Virus record (IMG/VR): IMGVR_UViG_3300013094_000017
Coordinates: 186,001 to 250,000 of that record
Length of the DNA stretch: 64,000 nucleotides
Reading direction: 5' to 3' (one strand)
Shown piece after piece: positions 39,795 through 47,794 of this stretch; the stretch's first letter is position 1, and each line of letters opens with the position of its first letter. A program made the position numbers and the translations under genes. The notes beneath the pieces were generated by a model. The model searched no databases. It saw nothing but the letters and a program-made list of their open reading frames with translations, and was not told the DNA's origin.

Positions 39795-40064
39795 TTATGC
39801 CTGTACGCAGGTACCTCTGACCATGTGAAGGCTTCTGCGCCCAGTGCGTGTGCTGGCAGTTAACCCATGTGCATTTAACAATGCTTCCGTCCTTCCTGCT
39901 ACCTTCTCGCCTAGCCCGTGATATACCACCATGCCCACATAGCGTTTACTTTCCCAGGTGCGGTGGTTTGCGCTGTCAGTCCATGCCATGCCTAGCTCTG
40001 CGCCCAATTGTTTGGCCGCGGTTCTTACTGCATTACGGAATTCTAATGTGTTTGCTGTTTGCAT
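39795..40064 (-). CDS. Early hypothetical protein
   Basis: Cassette leader. Confidence 0.65.
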   Translation of the reverse strand: MQTANTLEFRNAVRTAAKQLGAELGMAWTDSANHRTWESKRYVGMVVYHGLGEKVAGRTEALLNAHGLTASTRTGRRSLHMVRGTCVQA

Positions 40065-40122
40065 TTGTTTCTCCATTTGTTTAGTGTAAGTGTATTATAA
40101 CACAGGTATTACCAAAAGTCAA

Positions 40123-40377
40123 CTATCTTTTGGGCCATATGGCGTCTAGAGTCTCTACCTTCTGGCGATTCATTTCCTGGGTGATCTGTTCGTCCTTACC
40201 ATATACTCGTTCGCGGTACATGCGTTCGAAGCAACGACCCAGACCTTCTGCACTCTTATTACCCCAGGAGGTTTCGTAGCGACCATCGTCATTGGTCTTT
40301 AGATCTAACATCTGGGCTATCTCTAGCCCAAATGCTTCTGCTTCTGCGGATGTAGAAAATTTACTTACGATCATCAC
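40123..40377 (-). CDS. Early hypothetical protein
   Basis: AGGAG RBS; GRYETSWGNKS. Confidence 0.6.
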   Translation of the reverse strand: MMIVSKFSTSAEAEAFGLEIAQMLDLKTNDDGRYETSWGNKSAEGLGRCFERMYRERVYGKDEQITQEMNRQKVETLDAIWPKR

Positions 40378-40382
40378 TGCTC

Positions 40383-40706
40383 CTATGCTAGGTTATAACG
40401 ATAGATGATGCCCTGTGGAGTAACCTTCTTAACAAAGCCCAGCTCTGTCCAGTCCTCTTCCAACCAAGCCAATGTCTTAGGATTCTTAAGCCATCCTCCA
40501 TCAATCTTAATGCTCACACCCTTCTTACCATATGCTTCATAAATTTTGCCAGTGGTAATCTCGCCTAATGCCACCATCATCGCATCAACTTGACGGCGTA
40601 GAGAAAATGGATAGTGACTCTTGTTGTTTAGATTGCGTTGACGAGCGTCTTGTGATGCCCACCATTTGTTTGGTGCTTCTTCAGTGTTGAGTAATAGTGT
40701 TTTCAT
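40383..40706 (-). CDS. Early hypothetical protein
   Basis: Cassette leader. Confidence 0.65.
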   Translation of the reverse strand: MKTLLLNTEEAPNKWWASQDARQRNLNNKSHYPFSLRRQVDAMMVALGEITTGKIYEAYGKKGVSIKIDGGWLKNPKTLAWLEEDWTELGFVKKVTPQGIIYRYNLA

Positions 40707-40878
40707 TTTGTTGCTCCGTTGTGTTAGTGTAAGTGCATTATAGCATAGGTATTACCTGTTGTCAACCCCTATCTTATGCCAAGAGAAAGGGCTGTGAACA
40801 ACATTATGTCCACAGCCCTTATGATAGGGTGGGCTTACCGTAAGCCACTACCTCACAAACCACACCCCACGGAGCAAC

Positions 40879-41319
40879 CTATGCAAAGTCTTTGTTATAT
40901 TGATTACGCTTTGCCTCACACTTGTCTTTAAACTCTGCCCAAGTGCCTGAAAAAATTACGTTGTCGTTGTTAGTGCCAACAGTGACAACCTCAACCTTGT
41001 TCTTGTAAACATGGTACTCATATTCCTGCCAATTGTCCACACCTGGCTTAGGTGGATACAAGTAGAACTGCCCTGGACCATCTTTAAAGTGTGCTACCAA
41101 CTGCGCGGCCAAACATCCCATACCATTGGCAACCTTTTCTGTCTTAGCACCCAAACCATTTACAATTGCAATTGGGCTAAGGAATTCAGCAAGCTCTAAA
41201 CCATGTCCTTCCATGTAGCCATCATATTGGCGATATAACTTAATGATTGGCGTGTGCTTCTCTTTGCCATTCTTTTGAGTGTAAGTGTCATAAACCCATG
41301 TTAAACTGCGTGTACCCAT
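40879..41319 (-). CDS. Early conserved phage protein (MGTRS... type)
   Basis: MGTRSLT..YRQYDGY..GHG..L, NGMGCLAAQLVAHFK. Confidence 0.7.
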   Translation of the reverse strand: MGTRSLTWVYDTYTQKNGKEKHTPIIKLYRQYDGYMEGHGLELAEFLSPIAIVNGLGAKTEKVANGMGCLAAQLVAHFKDGPGQFYLYPPKPGVDNWQEYEYHVYKNKVEVVTVGTNNDNVIFSGTWAEFKDKCEAKRNQYNKDFA

Positions 41320-41400
41320 TTTGCTTCTCCGTGTTGTTAGTGTAAGTGCATTATAGCACCCCCTAGGGGTTTTGTCAACCCCTTTAAGCGGGGTCTTACT

Positions 41401-41835
41401 CTAGGAGTCTTGTTCTTCTTCCTCGTACTCAGGTTCATCGTACGGTGGGTCAGTGTCAATAACAACCTTACCGAATGTAAGCTCAGCACCATCACTGCCT
41501 ACTGCAAACTGCTCTTCGAAGTCTACTACGTTGCCACCTTCCATCCATAGGCTGTCCGAAGTATCGTTGATGTCACTAAGTAGGATACACCCAATGCCAC
41601 CTGCATCCACAGGATACTCACGGCCTTGCTCATCCTCATAGTTACCATCACCGTGGGCGGTACTGAAGTAAGCAAAGCGAACACCATTGGCTAATTTGAA
41701 TACACCTTGTGCACCGCGCCAGTTGTCTTGTCCCTTAGGAAAGAACAGCTCACACGCTTCTTGCCACTGTGGGTGCATTACATAGCACAAGTCACCGATC
41801 CAATACTTTCCTGCTGGCATAGTTCCGTAATTCAT
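41401..41835 (-). CDS. Early hypothetical protein
   Basis: YWIGDLCYV...TAHGDG.Y...VDAGGIG. Confidence 0.7.
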   Translation of the reverse strand: MNYGTMPAGKYWIGDLCYVMHPQWQEACELFFPKGQDNWRGAQGVFKLANGVRFAYFSTAHGDGNYEDEQGREYPVDAGGIGCILLSDINDTSDSLWMEGGNVVDFEEQFAVGSDGAELTFGKVVIDTDPPYDEPEYEEEEQDS

Positions 41836-41897
41836 TTTGTTTCTCCGTTGTGTTAGTGTAAGTACATTATAACATCGGTATTACCACTTGTCAACCC

Positions 41898-42113
41898 CTA
41901 GATAGCATCAGCCTCTTCAACGTTATACTGCGTGATGTCGTCCTCAAGGATCTCAATAGCCGTCACACGCACTTCGTTATCAGTGGTCATACCGCCGAGG
42001 ACATTCTTGTAGTCCAAGAGTTCTTGTGCATACTCAAGAGCCTGGTCTCGGTTATCGAACGGTTCGTCGTGTGTGATCTCAGCACGCACTGTGGTGTAGA
42101 TGACTGTCTTCAT
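41898..42113 (-). CDS. Early hypothetical protein
   Basis: Coupled ORF. Confidence 0.6.
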   Translation of the reverse strand: MKTVIYTTVRAEITHDEPFDNRDQALEYAQELLDYKNVLGGMTTDNEVRVTAIEILEDDITQYNVEEADAI

Positions 42114-42316
42114 TCTGCTGTCTCCATTGACATCTCTTGCAAGCGGTCATACGCATTAACAAAGTCCTCGCAAAGCAGACGCATACGATGCATAGCCTGC
42201 TCTTCGCTGTCGCTTAGGCCAATGTCTTCAAAGTCGTAACCGTCTTCTAGAACATTAACGCAATCGCGCAAATCACCTAAGGTGTTTTCGAACCTGCAAT
42301 AACTCATATTAGCCAT
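42110..42316 (-). CDS. Early hypothetical protein
   Basis: MANMSYCRFENT..DL; cassette leader. Confidence 0.7.
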   Translation of the reverse strand: MANMSYCRFENTLGDLRDCVNVLEDGYDFEDIGLSDSEEQAMHRMRLLCEDFVNAYDRLQEMSMETAE

Positions 42317-42378
42317 TTTGTTTCTCCGTTGTGTTAGTGTAAGTGCATTATAGCAGGTAAAACCTGCTATGTCAACCC

Positions 42379-42579
42379 CTAATTAGCAAACTCTTCTATG
42401 CAATCTAATACTTCTTCTAACTGCATAATAACATCTTCGATGTTGTTGTGGATAGTGTAGCAGACATCCTCGTCTTCAGGAAGTGCATCTTTGTAGACTG
42501 CAAATGCTTTCTGTTGCAAGCGGTTTGCAGTGTGAAGTGCTTCGATAGCGGCTTCTAGGTGTTGTTTGGCTAGTGACAT
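42379..42579 (-). CDS. Early hypothetical protein
   Basis: Cassette leader. Confidence 0.65.
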   Translation of the reverse strand: MSLAKQHLEAAIEALHTANRLQQKAFAVYKDALPEDEDVCYTIHNNIEDVIMQLEEVLDCIEEFAN

Positions 42580-42634
42580 AATGTTTCTCCGTTGTGTTAG
42601 TGTAAAGCTATTATAGCACCAATGGTAAAACCTG

Positions 42635-42856
42635 TCAACCGATATAGTGAACTATTAATCCAACTACGCCTGTGAGCAGCATCACACCGTTCACAACGAT
42701 TAAGCTGGCCTTGCGCCATTCTATAGCTATAGCAAACCATATAGCACCGCCTACGCACAGCAACAGGGGCCCTTGTGGGTAGTATCCTAAGCTGTTAACT
42801 GCTGTGCCAACGATTAAGATCGTTGTAGCTATCCATTCTAATATTAAGATTCTCAT
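42635..42856 (-). CDS. Small 3-TM membrane protein
   Basis: Start ATG 42856; three hydrophobic helices. Confidence 0.6.
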   Translation of the reverse strand: MRILILEWIATTILIVGTAVNSLGYYPQGPLLLCVGGAIWFAIAIEWRKASLIVVNGVMLLTGVVGLIVHYIG

Positions 42857-43437
42857 ATGTCTAAAGTACTTCCTAATCCTTTGTGATAGAACAAATGTTG
42901 TCCCACCTTGGTTATATACTGCGTACGGTCTGCCCAAGCCGGCGATACATATGATGCATGATACATTAAAGCCTGCTGTAGGGGTCTTACACGTACCTTA
43001 TCCACCAGCACGCTATGCGCAATCATTTGACTCTCAGCCCACAACACACCCTTGGGCTTGTCCAACTTCTTCTTAAGTGTCCACGAGAACTGTGCCTTTG
43101 CGTGGACTACCTTGCACACACTGTTACCCCAATGGCCCGTCTTGAGTCTGTTTAAGGTTACCTGTGCAACTGCGTATTTGCCCTGCACCGGCTCCACCCC
43201 AGCTTCGTAGTATACATTCTCTGCTAGACAAGTCAAGTCATTTTTTGTGTAATGGACATTCTCATCTGTCTGCACAAGAAAAGCCTTGATCTCACGGACC
43301 TCATTGTGGACCTCAGTGATCTCACGTTGCTGGAACGACAGCAATGCTACCACTGCCGTTCCAGTTGCCGCTATGAGTAAATTACTCTTCGTCAACACTG
43401 TCTGCTTCCCACATCTCTTGGTTTTCGGAGATGGCAA
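42853..43437 (-). CDS. Cell wall hydrolase SleB/Hydrolase_2
   Basis: CLAENVYYEAG, AVAQVTLNR, QFSWT, ALMYHA, VGQHLFY; exact start uncertain. Confidence 0.85.
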   Translation of the reverse strand: MPSPKTKRCGKQTVLTKSNLLIAATGTAVVALLSFQQREITEVHNEVREIKAFLVQTDENVHYTKNDLTCLAENVYYEAGVEPVQGKYAVAQVTLNRLKTGHWGNSVCKVVHAKAQFSWTLKKKLDKPKGVLWAESQMIAHSVLVDKVRVRPLQQALMYHASYVSPAWADRTQYITKVGQHLFYHKGLGSTLDI

Positions 43438-43954
43438 AAGTATCGTCTAACTCTTGCGGTAGTTGATCACGAGCGCCTTGTGCATCACCCCAGTCTTGGT
43501 AGTAGTCATCATTGCCGTCTTGATAGATGCCAGCGAACTGCATACCACCTTCATAGTAGTAGCCAAGCACATCAAAGCCCGCTTCTTCCAAGAACGCATA
43601 AGCGCCTACTGGCGGAGCCCAAGCACTGTCAAAGTGCAGGGTGATGCTGTGGAAGCCGTCAATGGTCTCATTGATCTCGTAGTATTCATCCTCACTGCCA
43701 ACATCCCACTTGGTTCCCCAATTGCTCACGCACCAGTCATACCAAGTGCTGTAGCCATATTTCTCAAGGTTGGCTTCATATAGGGCCTGTAGTTCAGCAT
43801 CATCAGTACCTGGAGCACTGGTGATCATCAAAGCCTCGGGCACAGGAGCGAACTCCTGTAGCAATACCCCACGCTTAAAGGCCTCTTCGACACGCTGGAT
43901 CTGACCAGCATCTTTGTGAGTAAGTGTTACGATATTCTGGCACCAGTTTGGAAT
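43382..43954 (-). CDS. YubB/DUF1281-like ferredoxin-fold protein; ATT start
   Basis: (I)PNWCQNIV...WYDWCVSNWGTKWD...FDSAWAPP; in-frame TAG 4 codons upstream of ATT. Confidence 0.75.
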   Translation of the reverse strand: MPNWCQNIVTLTHKDAGQIQRVEEAFKRGVLLQEFAPVPEALMITSAPGTDDAELQALYEANLEKYGYSTWYDWCVSNWGTKWDVGSEDEYYEINETIDGFHSITLHFDSAWAPPVGAYAFLEEAGFDVLGYYYEGGMQFAGIYQDGNDDYYQDWGDAQGARDQLPQELDDTFAISENQEMWEADSVDEE

Positions 43955-44022
43955 TTTGGGTTCCTACCTTTCTTAATTTGTTAGTGTAAGTGCATTATAG
44001 CACCTTTCGGTGCTATGGTCAA

Positions 44023-44277
44023 CTAGCATTCGTAAAGTTTAACTCCAGGATCTAACTGCTTCAACTCATTCGCCGCCTGTGTTAGAAACTTAAAATTCCT
44101 ACGAACAGTGGCCGCATCTAGCTCGCCATCACAGGTCAAGTTCTCTGGTGATAGTTTGCCATCGATGATATCTGCAATGTGTTGTCGGTCTTGGGCAGTG
44201 GCCAACGACAGAGGTTTATTCCCCCATATGGCACGCCATTGGTTTTCTGCTTGGATAAAGGACTTTAGTGTTTTCAT
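44023..44277 (-). CDS. Early hypothetical protein
   Basis: LSPENLTCDGE motif; cassette leader. Confidence 0.7.
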   Translation of the reverse strand: MKTLKSFIQAENQWRAIWGNKPLSLATAQDRQHIADIIDGKLSPENLTCDGELDAATVRRNFKFLTQAANELKQLDPGVKLYEC

Positions 44278-44343
44278 TACGTTTCTCCGTGTTGTTAGTG
44301 TAAGTGCATTATAGCACCTACACTAATCTCTGTCAACCTCTAT

Positions 44344-44616
44344 CTAGGCCATCTCTACCATGTTAGCAGGCACACGCCAAGCACCTTGTGGTGTATCGAT
44401 AACGATGTTCTTAATAGCGATCTTCTTAACGGTGCCTCGAATGGTTTGACGGCTACGGCTTGAAGTAAACTGGACAGCGTCACCTACACGGAATGTTCTT
44501 AGGTTCAATCGAGCGTTACGGCTTCGGACATACTTGATTGACTCTACGATTGAGTTGATATCCGCATCAGTCAATTCTGAAGTTAGGATTAGTTCATTGA
44601 TTTTGGCTACTGACAT
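44344..44616 (-). CDS. Early SH3-like protein
   Basis: FRVGDAVQF...GTVKKI...WRVP. Confidence 0.65.
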   Translation of the reverse strand: MSVAKINELILTSELTDADINSIVESIKYVRSRNARLNLRTFRVGDAVQFTSSRSRQTIRGTVKKIAIKNIVIDTPQGAWRVPANMVEMA

Positions 44617-44669
44617 AGTCTGCTCCTTAAGTGTTTAAGTGTGTAGTATAACATCGGTATTACCAAATG

Positions 44670-44951
44670 TCAACCTAAAAAGAATTCAATCTCTTTAATA
44701 AGATCTTCCTTCACTGGCTTGTCTTCGTCGCCATGCACATACGCGGCGAACTCCTCTTCATGCCAGCGTTCAAATGTGCTAGTCATTAGCCAATTGAATA
44801 TCTTTTCTGCTGACTCCTGCTTAACCTTAGCGCGGAACGCTTCCAATGCCTTAGCACTGTCGCCTTCTGTCCAGTAGGTAAGTCCGTCTTGCTCAACTAG
44901 CAGGCCTGCTTCGATTGCTAGTTGTTCTGTTGCGGAAAAGGTTGTGCTCAT
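44670..44951 (-). CDS. Early hypothetical protein
   Basis: AAGGAG RBS. Confidence 0.6.
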   Translation of the reverse strand: MSTTFSATEQLAIEAGLLVEQDGLTYWTEGDSAKALEAFRAKVKQESAEKIFNWLMTSTFERWHEEEFAAYVHGDEDKPVKEDLIKEIEFFLG

Positions 44952-45075
44952 GCCATTACTCCTTGTTTAACCTTGCGCCAATCCCAACGTGCCTGTGTGT
45001 ATGCACGACGGCTAAGTGTAAAGCCTGGGCAGTTCTTGCAGGCCCAAGCTACGAAGTGAACTTGCTCTACGTTAC

Positions 45076-45231
45076 TCATAAGCCACAAGCCTCGTAGAAG
45101 CGTCCATAGTCAAAGCGACTGTTCATTGCCTTAGCAACATCTGCAAAAGCCTTAGCCGCTTGCTTGCGTGCATCCAAGTCTGCGATACCTGCTAGTTCTT
45201 TTGCCATTGCAATAAAGTGTTTACGTGACAT
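45076..45231 (-). CDS. Early 51-aa protein
   Basis: Manual translation MSRKHFIAMA...NSRFDYGRFYEACGL; cassette leader. Confidence 0.65.
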   Translation of the reverse strand: MSRKHFIAMAKELAGIADLDARKQAAKAFADVAKAMNSRFDYGRFYEACGL

Positions 45232-45284
45232 CTTGTGTTTCTCCGTTTTGTTAGTGTGTAGCTATTATAACACCGGTTTTACCT

Positions 45285-45530
45285 TTAGTCAACCTCAATT
45301 AACTTTAATTCGTAGAACATATCCTGCGCCAAGTCTACGCTGACAAAGTCAATAGCATACTCTTCGCCACTCTCTTCACCTGTACCGTAGAAGCGACCTG
45401 TACTGAGATCCTCTCCCAGATCTAATAAGTCCTGGTCAGTATCCCAATAGTCAATGCGGATGCCCTCGCAATTGAATGGAACATACACTGCGGCACGGCC
45501 TACGATCTCTTTAACCTTATCTAAGCTCAT
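45285..45530 (-). CDS. Early acidic hypothetical protein
   Basis: Coupled ORF. Confidence 0.6.
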   Translation of the reverse strand: MSLDKVKEIVGRAAVYVPFNCEGIRIDYWDTDQDLLDLGEDLSTGRFYGTGEESGEEYAIDFVSVDLAQDMFYELKLIEVD

Positions 45531-45913
45531 ACCTTCTCCTTTGCAACAATCTTAGGTTCACGTCCACTGCCATCGCTGATGTAGCCTAACACTAAGGTCT
45601 CCATAGCCCGCTTAGCCTCTTGCACGGCTTCCCAAGCAAGGTCTTCTGCGGTGCCGTCTTTGAATACTTCCATGGCATCCTCGTACAAGAAGCCACCTAC
45701 ATAAGCATCACCTAGCTCGATGTCCTTGTAGTAGGCCACAGCGCGAAGCATGAACCAATCTAATTCATACGCATCAATCTTGCGACAAAGGTCTTCAACG
45801 TCTGTTACAGTGTCATCAAAGCAGTCTCTGGGGCTAATATCTTCCCAGGACTTTTCGATCTTAACAGTAAAGCCATCCATTTCAAGCTGGCCTAGTGTTT
45901 CCCAATGGCGCAT
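45527..45913 (-). CDS. Early hypothetical protein
   Basis: Cassette leader. Confidence 0.65.
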   Translation of the reverse strand: MRHWETLGQLEMDGFTVKIEKSWEDISPRDCFDDTVTDVEDLCRKIDAYELDWFMLRAVAYYKDIELGDAYVGGFLYEDAMEVFKDGTAEDLAWEAVQEAKRAMETLVLGYISDGSGREPKIVAKEKV

Positions 45914-45967
45914 ATCATTCTCCGTTTGTTTAGTTTAAGTGCATTATAGCACAGGTATTACCAAAGG

Positions 45968-46129
45968 TCAATCCCAAAATTTATTAATAATCTCTTCTGC
46001 TTCCCTCATAGCACCATCAAAGTCACCAGCACCTAAGCAGAAGATCTCTCCGCTGTAGTGTAAGCACCAGCAGTTCAAGTGTAGATCAAATTCTACATCG
46101 TAACCAGTTTCTAATACATGTACAGCCAT
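45968..46129 (-). CDS. Early small protein
   Basis: AAGGAG RBS before ATG 46129. Confidence 0.55.
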   Translation of the reverse strand: MAVHVLETGYDVEFDLHLNCWCLHYSGEIFCLGAGDFDGAMREAEEIINKFWD

Positions 46130-46139
46130 AATATTCTCC

Positions 46140-46307
46140 TTATAAACTTGCGGTATCAATTTCTACGTCCGCTAGGACAATAGTAACATCCCACGGCTTC
46201 TTAGCACCTAGTAGGCCTGCTGCGAGTCTTTGTGCGGCAAAGCTAGACTCTGCTTTCACTTCAATCTTCTTGCTCTTGTAGAACGCTATATACATATATG
46301 TTCGCAT
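46140..46307 (-). CDS. Early 55-aa protein
   Basis: Manual translation MRTYVYIAFYKSKKIEVKAESSFAAQ...; cassette leader. Confidence 0.6.
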   Translation of the reverse strand: MRTYMYIAFYKSKKIEVKAESSFAAQRLAAGLLGAKKPWDVTIVLADVEIDTASL

Positions 46308-46447
46308 AGTGTACTCCTTGTTGTTAGTGTGTAAACATTATAGCGTAGGTTTTTCCATTTGTCAAGCATTATATTGGTAATATTTTGGTTGACAGGTATT
46401 ACCAGCGATGCTATACTACGTATACACTAACAACACGGAGAACTAAA

Positions 46448-46642
46448 ATGGGTACACCACTAATTGGAATGACGCTTGCAGATGCCTGCAGTATTGTTAA
46501 GGCCTATGCTGATCTACAAGGCTTACCGTTCTTAGAAGGTTTGATGGAAATGGATGCAGGCTATGATGACTTGGACCTTGAGGATCAAAGGGCCTGCAAC
46601 ATGGTATTGAAAGCTGGTCGAGAGATGTTTGCCCCAGTGTAG
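46448..46642 (+). CDS. Early hypothetical protein (inverted cassette)
   Basis: TTGACA-17-TATACT plus ACACTAACAACACGGAGAACTAAAATG. Confidence 0.65.
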   Translation: MGTPLIGMTLADACSIVKAYADLQGLPFLEGLMEMDAGYDDLDLEDQRACNMVLKAGREMFAPV

Positions 46643-46647
46643 TATAG

Positions 46648-46856
46648 TGGGAGTAGGTACGCAGGACACATCCTACTCCCCCGTCCTGCTTGTTTTGGGC
46701 TAACATAGGCCACTACCTAACCACTGATCAGAACGTGGTCGCAGGTTAACACAGGCGCGGCATCACTATGTATAGCCTCATAGGGTTTCCTATAGGAGCA
46801 ATCGATCAGCATCCTCCTAACTCTCTCCCTCTTTATGCCTGACGTTCACGGTTTAC
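46648..46856 (-). ncRNA. Candidate structured ncRNA downstream of tRNA
   Basis: No credible ORF; multiple stems and a 9-bp + 7-bp H-type pseudoknot. Confidence 0.45.
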
Positions 46857-46933
46857 TGGTGCTCCGTCAGGGATTCGAACCCTGCCTCCCACGTTATGAG
46901 CATGGTACTCTCTACCTAGTGAGTTACCAGAGC
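46857..46933 (-). tRNA. tRNA with CAU anticodon (elongator Met or Ile2)
   Basis: GCTCTGG acceptor, ACTC/GAGT D stem, CCATG-CTCATAA-CGTGG, CAGGG-TTCGAAT-CCCTG, encoded ACCA. G1-C72 pair and no 3GC anticodon stem, so not initiator-type. sigma70 promoter upstream. Confidence 0.9.
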
Positions 46934-46985
46934 AAAAACTTATACATTAATAATACTATATCTATTCAGTTTTGTCAACTGTTAG

Positions 46986-47706
46986 TGGGCCTACCTTGAC
47001 TCGAACTAAATACTATTATGAAACTAGAACTTACTCCGCAGCGTATTGCAGCTAACAAAAAGAACTGCCTACTAGGAGGAGCAGCATTTGCCGCTAAAAT
47101 GTCATCAGCATATAATGCTAATCCCAGCTATTGTAATCAATGCAGCACTATATTACCTCAGAGCAAGAAAAACAATAAATTCTGTAATTCCTCTTGTTCT
47201 GCAAAATATAGCAATGCACGCAAGGACTATTCAAAGTTCACACCAGGACCTGTTCCTAAACCTAAAGATCCTACAGCGGGGTCAGCACCCTATAGTACAT
47301 TATTCCGTTGTGAGTGTAAACATTGCGGAGTAATTAAGCTGTATCGATCTCAAACCAAGTATTGTCCTGAACACAGGGATCTTTATAGCCACGCAGGCCG
47401 AGCTAAGTATTGGTTCACATTTAACGTGTTTCATTACCCTGATCTGTTTGATCTAAACTGGGTTAACTCTGTGGGATTTCGAAGCTCTTCTAATCCCAAT
47501 GGAGTTACTAGGGATCATAAAGTAAGTGTCAATGACGCCATTCGAAACAACTATGATCCCTATTACATAAAGCACGTACTCAACTGTGAGCTAATGCTAT
47601 TCGCTGAAAATAATAAAAAGAAAACCAAGTCCTCTATCACCTATGCAGAGCTAGTCATACAAGTTAACCTGTATGATCAGTCTCTGACCAACTGAGCTAC
47701 AGGCCC
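46986..47706 (-). pseudogene. tRNA (Ile-like) split by HNH endonuclease insertion
   Basis: 5' half GGGCCTGTAGCTCAGTTGGTCAGAG (47706-47682); 3' half GTTCGAGTCAAGGTAGGCCCA (47006-46986); anticodon arm absent. Confidence 0.75.
47018..47695 (+). mobile_element. HNH homing endonuclease with N-terminal Zn fingers
   Basis: CNQC...FCNSSC, CKHC...YCPEH, TRDHKVSV...NCELMLFAENNKK; TAAATA 4 nt before ATG. Confidence 0.75.
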
Positions 47707-47716
47707 TAAAACTACA

Positions 47717-47794
47717 GTGTGAGATCCCAAAGTATCCTTATGGGACGATTTATCTATCCGCTGCGCAGTACTATGTACATCGCCAATCTCACAC
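47717..47794 (-). ncRNA. Candidate 78-nt three-way-junction RNA under perfect late promoter
   Basis: 9-bp terminal stem GTGTGAGAT/ATCTCACAC; TATAAATA 5 nt upstream. Confidence 0.5.

Larger units (their letters stand above)
34449..46450 (-). repeat. Dispersed early promoter/leader repeat (about 23 copies)
   Basis: Consensus on - strand: GTTGAC-N17/18-TATAAT-GCACTTACACTAACACAACGGAGAAACAAAATG. Copies upstream of starts near 34451, 34830, 35238, 36732, 37201, 37812, 38711, 39139, 39457, 39729, 40064, 40706, 41319, 41835, 42316, 42579, 43954, 44277, 44616, 45231, 45913, 46307; one inverted copy at 46389-46450. Confidence 0.9.

Noticed and set aside
40770-40875. Two hairpins after gene 40879 as a separate sRNA or SECIS
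   Set aside because: They are adequately explained as terminator or processing stems between cassettes; there is no in-frame UGA selenoprotein context.
34449-46450. CRISPR array interpretation of the repeated about 30-nt motif
   Set aside because: Repeats are separated by 200-900 bp of protein-coding genes, contain a promoter and RBS, and no cas genes are present.
34449-46450. Integron attC cassette array
   Set aside because: GTTGAC/GTCAAC is the -35 box and does not fit GTTRRRY/RYYYAAC. There is no attC-length imperfect palindrome and no integrase in the window.
46857-46933. Initiator tRNA explaining the ATT starts
   Set aside because: It has a G1-C72 pair and lacks three consecutive G-C pairs in the anticodon stem, so it is elongator Met or Ile2 type.
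47006-47700. Group I intron in the split tRNA (TCAGAGACT resembles the R element; GAATAGTCC resembles S)
   Set aside because: The R-like match overlaps the tRNA D loop, leaving no room for P3-P6 upstream. The anticodon arm is deleted, so splicing could not restore a tRNA.
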